Shown here: one piece after another, positions 54,852-64,000 of the stretch
Layout: each line of letters starts with the position of its first letter
Position numbering within the stretch: the first letter of the stretch is position 1
NCBI GenBank assembly: GCA_964016885.1
Contig: OZ024741.1
Coordinates: 321,842,001-321,906,000, forward strand
Length of the DNA: 64,000 nt
From: Eledone cirrhosa
Taxonomy: Eukaryota
Reading direction: 5' to 3'
Translations under genes and position numbers: made by a program
The notes under the pieces: model-generated
Database searches by the model: none
Told to the model about the DNA's origin: nothing
Seen by the model: only the letters and a program-made list of their open reading frames with translations

Positions 54852-55197
54852 TCATCATTTCATTCATTTCATTTTTACGTCCACTTTTTCCCTGCTTGCA
54901 AGGGTTGGACGGGAACTGATTTTGGCTTGATTTCTACAGCTGGATGCCCTTCCTAACACCAACCTCATTTACAGTGAGTGCTGGGTGCTTTTTTGCCATG
55001 GCACCTCCACGACCACTTTGCAGTGGAATGATAGGGACTGGGGTCCCTATCATCTCATTTCTACAGCTGAGTAAACTGGAGCAATGTGAAATAAAGTGTC
55101 TTGCTCAAGGAAACAACACACCACCCGGTCTGAGAATTGAACTTACAACCTTTCGATTGCAAGGCCAATGCTCTAACCACTAAACCATGTGCCTCCA
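54852..55197 (-). mobile_element. SINE family 1
   Basis: Reverse complement of the 4984-5330 type. Confidence 0.88.
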
Positions 55198-55210
55198 TAT
55201 GATATATATA

Positions 55211-55545
55211 TCATCATCATCATCATCATCAACGTTTAACGTCCGTGTTCCACGCTTGCATGGGTTTGGACGGGGGTAGTCCCACTTGAGGCAAGAGTGA
55301 TTGTCTTGCTCGCATAGGACTGTCTGGCAGGTTTTCTACAGTTGGATGCCCCTCCTAACACCAACCACATTTACAGTGTGGGTCTGGGAGGTTTTTACCG
55401 TGTTGCCTACACGGCCACATTACAGCGTGGACTGTGTGTTTTTTTGTCGTGACACCTACACGATCTCATTTGTTTCGGCCTGGATGGCGCGGCACCAACA
55501 TAACTTTACATAGAACGGGGTGGTGTGGATGGGGTGGGGGCGGGG
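55211..55545 (-). mobile_element. RTE family A 3'UTR fragment
   Basis: Near-identical to 13041-13370. Confidence 0.9.
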
Positions 55546-56093
55546 ATATATATAAATATATATATATATCATCATATATACATATATATATATATCATCA
55601 TATATATATATATATATATATCATTATATATATTTATATATTTATATAAAACGAAGTTTCGTTTACATGTGAAAAATATTTATTGTGTATCGTTGCGTTA
55701 TGCAGAGGATTGTCTCAAGGTGACCCATAGGAGTTATGGACCCGACTCCAGTATCGATCTGCTCCTCAAACTGGTGATGCGACAAAAGATATTTTGATTT
55801 AGGTGTCACAGAATCTCTACATCGGATTTTAACAGCAATTCCGGGAGTCCAGGTCTGGTTATCATTTATTTTTTATCATTTATTTTGTTTTGACCTGTTA
55901 AGCTTCATTTGGTTTTTGGCTTGGGTGGTTAATGCTTTCTTGACCACCTTTTCAGTTTTGTATGGCTTCTTAACACATTGTTTAGCTCTGGTTTTTAACT
56001 ATTGAGCACTTTGCCAATATCATTTCTGATTTTTGCATTTTGCTTCGCTTTTCCTGCCCGCCGAAATGCGATTCTCGCTGAATCTTTATTTGT

Positions 56094-56144
<51 letters not shown>

Positions 56145-56168
56145 TTTATATTAAGGCTAAAAAGTGAG

Positions 56169-56218
56169 TCTTGTTACTCTGGAGTTTCACCTGTTTATCA
56201 CAGGGTCATCAGACAAGA
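56169..56218 (-). ncRNA. type I hammerhead enclosed by a 38-bp inverted repeat
   Basis: ucuugu-CUGAUGA-c.ccug(ugauaaa)cagg.u-GAAA-cuccagag-UA-acaaga. Mismatch at the base of stem II. Confidence 0.78.
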
Positions 56219-56749
56219 ACTGTTCTTGTAACAAGACTTACTTTTCAGCCTTAATATAAATGAATATTAAAACTTTACTTCGATATTGAGTCCTTCTTTC
56301 TCTCAGTTGTCAACCACATACGAATATATATATAATATCAGTTGTATATATATGTCAGTTGTACACACATGGTAAACAATAGAGGCCACGTGTTGTCCCT
56401 CTCCGACAAAAAGCTTTTTCCTCTCAGAAAACCCCCAGTTGATGGATGCGAAATCCGAAATATAAGGACAATTAAATCACTTCCAAGGTAACTCTATCTC
56501 GTGTTATTATTTTTACACTTTTCCCACGTTCCTCTACACCCTCTACGTCTCATTCTACATTTCCTCTTACATCTCTCTCATTACCACCTGATTCTGTTTC
56601 CCGGAGATTTACCTATCTGCATTGTTGAGGCTTCCAAAACGACCAATTTTATAATATATATTATATATGTATATAAGAGAGAAAAAAGGTTGAGAATTAG
56701 AAGGAAGAGAAGATAAAAGCGAAAACGAAATGAGAAAAAAAGATATTAA

Positions 56750-56781
<32 letters not shown>

Positions 56782-57410
56782 CAATGCTACTGTTGCTGAT
56801 GAGGAGGAGGAATAAACTATTTAAAGGAGTGAAACTATTTAAAAGCGCAGTTAAATTAAATATGGAAATAGTATTTTTAGATTTATCTTTTCCACATCAA
56901 GGACAATACAACTATAAACACACACAAACATACACCCACCCCCAAATATATATATATATATGTTTGTGTATGTCTGTGTGTGTGTATGTTTACAGTCGGT
57001 TATGTACATAACTCACTATATAAACATGCTGCTTGAGATACAGCGACCTACTATACATATATATATATATATTACATATGCACACTTGCAGATATACACT
57101 CATACATATGTTCATATAGACTGACACACATATAAACAAGTGGTAACTCATAAATGTAGCATCCACTTCATGTACATACTTACATATATATAGATGCACA
57201 CACACACACACATACACAAACATTGAAACAGGTGCTAACTCATAAATATAGCATCCATCTCTCTTTCTCACACACACACACGCATATGTATGCACATTTA
57301 TATAGAGACTTACACACATGAATGCTAATGTATCTAAATTAAAACTGTTTAGATAACTTATTTATAGACAGACAAATATATATACACATTATATATATTG
57401 TTTGTGTGTG

Positions 57411-57465
<55 letters not shown>

Positions 57466-57604
57466 ATTTATATATATGTGAGGTATTGGAAACATGGCTG
57501 TGTATGAGATTCTTGTAATTTGTTTGGAACAATAAAGTTTCTAAATCCATCATTAACTTGACCAGATTTTCATGGTTCCATATGTGAGATGAAGTAATGT
57601 TGGC

Positions 57605-58225
57605 ATGTATTTGAGAGTCTTTGAGTTGGATAAGTATCAAAGAGAAAGAATTGAAGAAGATGTAAAAAAAAGAATACTTCAGGTGGATTGGGCATGTAAT
57701 GTTTTCTAAATTGAACGGAAGGAATAAGATCAAGACACCGAATACATGGACTGTGTCTCTCATGCGCTATTGGGCAGTTAAATGGAGTAAACATGAAATG
57801 GAAAGTATTGATAGGAAAACTAGGAAATTAATACATAAAGTACCCCACACAAAGAGTGATGTCACAAGACTTCATGTTGAAAGAAAGAAAGGAGGAGAGG
57901 ACTAATAAATTGTGAAAATTGTGTCAAAAGCGAAGAAAACAACCTAGTTTTATACCTTAAAAATGTAAAGAATAACATCATGTCAAAAGTAAGAGACCTT
58001 GATACACTAAAATCTGATGATGCAGTAGCATCTAATGAATGTAAGCAGAGAGTGAAAACAGAACTGGAAAAGGAATGGAAGAATAAACTTATGAATGGAC
58101 AGTACAGTAAATATAAAGTAGGCATTGATTAGGAAAAGAGCTGGTTGTGGCTTGAAAATAGTGATCTGAAAGCATACACTGAAGCTCTGGTGAGCAGTAC
58201 CAAGGAGCAGGATCTTCAAACTAAT
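57605..58225 (+). pseudogene. degenerate R4/Dong LINE fragment (RT thumb region)
   Basis: SKLNGRNKIK..NTW.VSLMRY, IDRKTRKL, HTKSDVTRLHVERKKGG, WLENSDLKAYTEAL...EQ.LQTN, across frameshifts. Confidence 0.82.
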
Positions 58226-58282
58226 GATTTCTACTATAGGCACAAGGCCAGCAATTTGGGGAGAGGGGAAAGTCGATTAAAT

Positions 58283-58850
58283 CGGTGCATCAGCGTTTCC
58301 CTGAGGCTTGGCCTCCGGATCTGCCAGCCACACCAATGTCGCTGCAGTTCCATCATGGACTATTTCGGCCTCCATCCGCTTCCCCGTTGCCGGCTTCCCT
58401 TCCCAGCTCGAGCTGGTGGGGCTGGATCGAGGGGACGGCAAAAGGCCAGATGGCATGACCATCTTCCCGTTCCACGGTGGCAAACCCCTCGTCTGGGATG
58501 CCACTTGCACTGACACCTTCTGCAGCCGCAACCTGGTGCAGTCTGTGACTGACCCAGGTTCTGCTGCACGTCGGGCTGAGGGGGCCAAACTCCTCAAATA
58601 CCGGTCACTCTCTAACAGGTTTGCGGTCGTACCCTTGGCAGTGGAGACATCTGGTGTCCTTGGCCCAGGGGCTACCTCCTTACTCACCACCATAGGCACT
58701 GAGCTGGCCAGCCGCAGGTGTGAGCCCCGCGAGTTGGAGTGGCTCTTCCAGCACGTCTCCCTCTCCGTCCACCGGGGAAACGCCTTCTCCATTCTGTCCG
58801 CCGGGGCTGTGGGTGGGCCCCATCGCGTACCGTTGTAGTTGTTGTAGAAG
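58283..58850 (+). mobile_element. CRE-clade non-LTR retrotransposon 3' fragment (zinc-knuckle remnant plus restriction-like endonuclease)
   Basis: LRLGLRICQPHQCRC...GLH, then GDGKRPDG...LVWDATC...AEGAKLLKY...PLAVETSG...VHRGNA. GC-rich island with a TTG-rich tail. Confidence 0.85.
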
Positions 58851-59084
58851 AAACAGGAAGACAACATCTAAACTAATATGTTATAGTTGTTGTTGCTGCT
58901 GTTCTTTTTTTTTCCTCCTCCATTCCTCACATCATCTGAAATTGCTTTCATAATTCACCCGTAAGTAAATTAACGCCCCATAACTGATTGTATCTTCGAA
59001 GCAACACTAATGACTTCATGTTACTGTTGTATGTCTATAGAGAGATATATTTCAGAAAGTATGCGTCAACTTCCTTTTATTAAC

Positions 59085-59405
59085 TCCGTAAGGATGAAAG
59101 GCAACGTTAACCTTGGTGGGATTTGAACTCAGAACATTAAGGGCTGTAACTTTATGCTGCAAAGCATTTTGTCTGACACTTTAATTATTCTTCCAATCCA
59201 CCACCTTTATATAATGATGATAAAACTAATTGTTTCTACTTTTGGCACAAGGCCAGCAATTATGCAGTGTATTACTGGTACTTTATTTTATCGACCCCGT
59301 AAGGATGAAAGGCAAAGTCAACCTCGGCGGGATTTGAACTCAGAATGGCAAGGGCCATAAAGCATGGCGTCCGACCCTCTACCGATACTGCCAATCCACC
59401 ACCCT
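59085..59405 (-). mobile_element. two SINE family 2 copies
   Basis: AAGGATGAAAGGCAA...GGATTTGAACTCAGAA occurs twice. Confidence 0.8.
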
Positions 59406-59718
59406 TGATAATAATAATAATAATAATAATGATGAAGATGATGGCTATAATGATGGTGAAGAAGAAGAGGATGGAGGACAAAAACAGATACAGTGCACAT
59501 GAAATGTTCAAAAGAGCGACTATTAATCAAGACAGGTAGATTGTGAGAAACACCTCAGCTATGCAACCACAATGCAATAGAGTCTATTGAGATAAATCAT
59601 TGCACTACGCACTACCCTGCATTTCACAAAACATCACTAGTGAAAGATTTGTGAAATGGGAAGCTAAGAGAACAACTTTACTGCCAAGATTCTGTGTGTG
59701 TATAAATATAAATATATA

Positions 59719-60057
59719 TCATTTTACGTCCGCTTTTCCCTGCTTGCAAGGAACTGATTCTGGCTTGATTTCTACAGCTGGATGCCCTTCCTAACACCAA
59801 CTCATTTACAGTGAGTGCTGGGTGCTTTTTTTTTCTGTGGCGCCTACACTTCCACTTTACAGTGTGGACTGGGTGCTTTTTTGCCGTGGCACCTCCACGA
59901 CCACTTTGCAGTTCTCATTTCTACAGGTGAGTAAACTGGAGCAATGTGAAATAAAGTGTCTTGCTCAAGGAAACAACACATGACCCGGTCTGAGAATTGA
60001 ACTCACAACCTTTCGATTGCAAGGCCAATGCTCTAACCACTAAGCCATGTGCCTCCA
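59719..60057 (-). mobile_element. SINE family 1
   Basis: Reverse complement of head, body and RTE-C tail. Confidence 0.87.
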
Positions 60058-60186
60058 TATATAAATACCTATCAAAGTTATATATATATCAACATATAAA
60101 GAGAAGTACACATACTCCGTTAATTAATTTGATATATATATACATATATACATACATGTATGTCTGTATACCAATCATCACAATCA

Positions 60187-60235
<49 letters not shown>

Positions 60236-60289
60236 TCATCATCATCATCATCATTTTACGTCCGCTTTTCCCTGCTTGCAAGGGTGGGA

Positions 60290-60321
<32 letters not shown>

Positions 60322-60324
60322 CAT

Positions 60325-60522
60325 GATTGGTTCGTGAAAATGTTAAAGAAGTGAATATTTAAATAATGTCTTTAATCTTTTAACAAAATTCAGTAGACGG
60401 AAATACCCTCACTTTTTTACTTGGAAAAAGTTACTTCTATGGTATAAATTTGGTGCTGTTTGGTCCAACCGTTTGGCGGAAAGTTTGTTACCTACATACG
60501 GCCGTCAGCTTTATATTATAGA
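60325..60522 (-). mobile_element. probable Helitron 5' fragment
   Basis: The minus strand begins A|TCTATAATATAAAGCTG...AAACGGTTGGACC...CACCAAATTT, resembling non-autonomous Helitron 5' ends. No 3' CTAG end was seen. Confidence 0.5.
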
Positions 60523-61510
60523 TATGTAAATAGGGAGAAAACGACGATTATTAGGAAGAAAAATATATTTTTTTCCCTTTATTTTTTTCTGGGTTAGAAA
60601 ATGGTTAAAACAAAATATTTTATTTTGTGTGAAGTCTTACGGTATTAGTTAATTTATTTATTAATTAACAATGGCTTTTATTTATTTATTTATTTATATA
60701 TTTAATAATTGTCTATTATCAGTTTCAGCATTTTATGCATTATCAAAGGGGGGAATTTGTATTGGTATAAAATGTTGGAGAGAAGATAAGGTGATGTTGA
60801 ACATGTTAAGGAAATGGGAAAGAAGGAATAATATTATTTACAAACAAGGTTTTTGAAGTAAAAAGAAAAAAGAAAAAAAAATGGGGGGGGGGGGGGTGAT
60901 GTGGAACACGATAAGGTAATGGGAAAGAAAGAATAATATTATTTACAGGCATAGTTCTTGAGGATAAGCAGTTCAAAAAGTGTTATTATGACAAGAGCGC
61001 TTGGTTGATCCATGATGGAGGCAAATGGTAGTCTGGGGTTGGTTTTTCTTCCTAATAATCATCTTTTTCTCCCTATTTACACATATATATATCACTTTGA
61101 TAACTTTGATAGGTTTCAGCCACTATTGGCTCAGGACGTGTCTAACTTAAAAAAAGCACCACATAAATATATAGGAAGGGCATCCAGCTGTAGAAACCAA
61201 GCCAAAATCTGTTCTGTATGAGCAAGACATGGTCACCTGACCTGGCATTGCCCATAACAGGACAACTTGTCTAACTCATGTTAGCATGGAAGAATGGACG
61301 TAAAACGGTGATGCTGATGATAATATACACACACATATATTTGTTGGGAAGACTCTTTAGCTGTGCCATAGGCATGACAACCTTGTGATCCACATGTTAA
61401 ACAACCACCCAGTATACTTGTGTTAAGTGATTGGTGATAGGAAGGGCATCTAATTGTAGAAAACATACCAAAGGGATGGGAGGACTCTTCAGCTATGCCA
61501 AGAACTTGAC

Positions 61511-61832
61511 AATTATCCTAGTGTTGATATCATGATAAAATGCACACAGTAGAGTACCAGACCATAAGTCAGGCTACTGGCCCACTTGAAAGTTAGAGGA
61601 GGTTCTGCTTGAGTACTGGTGAGTCTGTGATGACAAGTCCAGTCCTTGTGAGCAGAGAAAACATGTTAAATGGTGATATTGATTATGATGAGATATATAT
61701 ATATATATCAATCAAGTTCCCATGACTGTTGGAGCCAAGTCATTGGGTGCCATTTTAGATGTTTTACTGTTTGTCCATCAAGGCATTGCAATGGGCCTGA
61801 GAAATGCTTGGTGGTGCCTATCTCCAAGGAGA

Positions 61833-61880
<48 letters not shown>

Positions 61881-62522
61881 AGATTCAGGACTCCGATGGC
61901 TGAGCTCTGGCTGTTTCGACAGCTAGATCGGAACTGAATCTTTTCATATTACCCACTCTACTACCCCAAGTATTGAGTACTCTGGTGGGTTATGGTCTAG
62001 CTGGTTTTTACCACACCCTATCTGATATATATATATATATTTGTGTGTATCTATATAATACTGCAATGCCATTTTATCCGATAATAAAAATAATGGTTTC
62101 TTATATAGGCACAAGGCCAGCAATTTTGGGAGAGGAGAAAGTCAATTAAATCGACCCCAGTGTGTTACTGGTGCTTTATTTTATCGACCCCGTAAGGATG
62201 AAAGGCAAAGCTAACTTTGGCAGGATTTTAACTCAGAACGTAAAGGGACGTAACTCTAAGCTCAAAGCATGTTGTCCGATGCTCCATGGATACTGAATAA
62301 CAGTCATGGGAACTTGATCGATTGATATATATATATATATGTCATCATAATCAATATCACCATTTAACATGTTTTCTCTGCTCACAAGGACTGGACTTGT
62401 CATCACAGACTGACCAGTACTCAAGCAGAACCTCCTCTAACTTTCAAGTGGGCCAGTAGCCTGACTTATGGTCTGGTACTCTACTGAGTGCATTTTATCA
62501 TGATATCAACAGTAGGGTAATT
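61511..62522. repeat. ~220-bp inverted duplication (61511-61730 vs 62299-62522)
   Basis: Near-identical arms. The spacer holds the hairpin repeat and a family 2 SINE (~62090-62295). Confidence 0.9.
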
Positions 62523-62939
62523 TGTTTTATTTGCCACAAGGGTATTGTATGGAGACATTACAAAGACAAGCTACTGCATGAAGGTGGAGATTTACATAGA
62601 AATGAAAAAATATATTTCAGCAATAAGTATTGGTTTCTAATATAGGATCAAGGCCCGAGGAATAAGTCAATTAAATTAACCTCAGTATTTAACTGGTACT
62701 TAATTTTATCTACCATGGAAGATGAAAGACAAAGTTGACCTTAGTGGGATTTGAACTCAGAATATAAAGAGCTGGAAGCATCTCATCCTACACTCTAATG
62801 ATTCTACAGATCCAATATTAATATTGATTACACTAATTAGCTGGAGAGAGAGAGAGAGAGAGAGAGTTAACAGCTGACACATTATTCTTGGCTAACATAG
62901 TCCACTCTATATATAACCTATACTATTTTATAATACTGA

Positions 62940-64000
62940 CAACCACCACCACCAACAACAACACTACTACCGCCGACACCACCACTACCACCAACACCAC
63001 AACCACTAACATCATTACCTCTGTCAACACAACTACCACCACCACCACCACTATTACCACCAACACCACTATCATAGCCACTAAGATCACTACCTCCACC
63101 ACCACCACCAACAACACCACTACTACCACAACCATAACACACTAACAGCATTACCACCACAACCAATACTACCACAATCATAACACACTAACAGCACTAC
63201 CACCACCACCACAACCATAACACACTAACAGCACTACCACCACCAACACCACTACTACAACCATAACACACTAACAGCACTACCACCACCAACACCACTA
63301 CTACAACCATAACACACTAACAGCACTACCACCACCAACACCACTACTACAACCATAACACACTAACAGCACTACCACCACCAACACCACTACTACAACC
63401 ATAACACACTAACAGCACTACCACCACCAATACCACTACCACAACCACCACCACCACCACTACCACAACCACCACCACCAACACCACTACCACAACCATA
63501 ACACACTAACAGCACTACCACCACCAACACCACCAACACCACTACCACAACCATAACACACTAACACCACTACCACCAGCACTACCATCTCTATTTCCGT
63601 CATAACTTTAGTTGTCATCATCTTCCTCCTCCTCCTCCTCCTTCTCATTATATTAGCCACCACCACCATTGCCACAATCATCACCACCATCACCACCATT
63701 GCCACAATCATCATCACCACCACCATCACCACCATTGCCACAATCATCACCACCATCACCACCATTGCCACAATCATCATCACCACCACCATCACCACCA
63801 TTGCCACAATCATCACCACCACCACCACCACCATTGCCACAATCATCACCACCACCACCACCACCACAATCATCACCACCACCACCACCACCACAATCAT
63901 CACCACCACCACCATTGCCACAATCATCACCACCACCACCACCACCATTGCCACAATCATCACCACCACCACCATTGCCACAATCATCACCACCACCACC
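62940..64000. repeat. (ACC)n-rich tract with a 36-bp minisatellite (~63215-63430) and CACCATTGCCACAATCAT repeats
   Basis: Direct inspection. Confidence 0.93.

Noticed and set aside
56390-56472. Hammerhead at GGATGCGAAATCCGAAA
   Set aside because: Stem II and GAAA are present but the CUGANGA box is missing.

Overview
Repeat-saturated, AT-rich eukaryotic non-coding DNA, either intergenic or inside a large intron. The SINE/LINE repertoire and very long (TA)n/(TACA)n tracts suggest an octopus genome (inference). I could not support any host gene, rRNA, true tRNA or CRISPR array. Most of the supplied ORFs are translations of microsatellites or antisense shadows of retrotransposon ORFs. The real content is: four families of RTE-clade LINEs, here called A-D, including one nearly intact ~990-aa APE+RT copy at 13.0-16.5 kb with a PHD-type C4HC3 finger inside the RT; R4/Dong and CRE LINE fragments; two tRNA-derived SINE families; an internally deleted RTE derivative; non-autonomous Helitrons; and piggyBac- and mariner-type MITEs. 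The signal the ORF track misses is more than a dozen minimal type-I hammerhead ribozyme cores (CUGANGA...GAAA...NUH) from many unrelated sequence families. They sit in short Penelope-like or retrozyme-like units next to (TA)n, often as inverted pairs, and in two of them the second arm starts at the predicted cleavage triplet. All calls were made by eye and boundaries are approximate.
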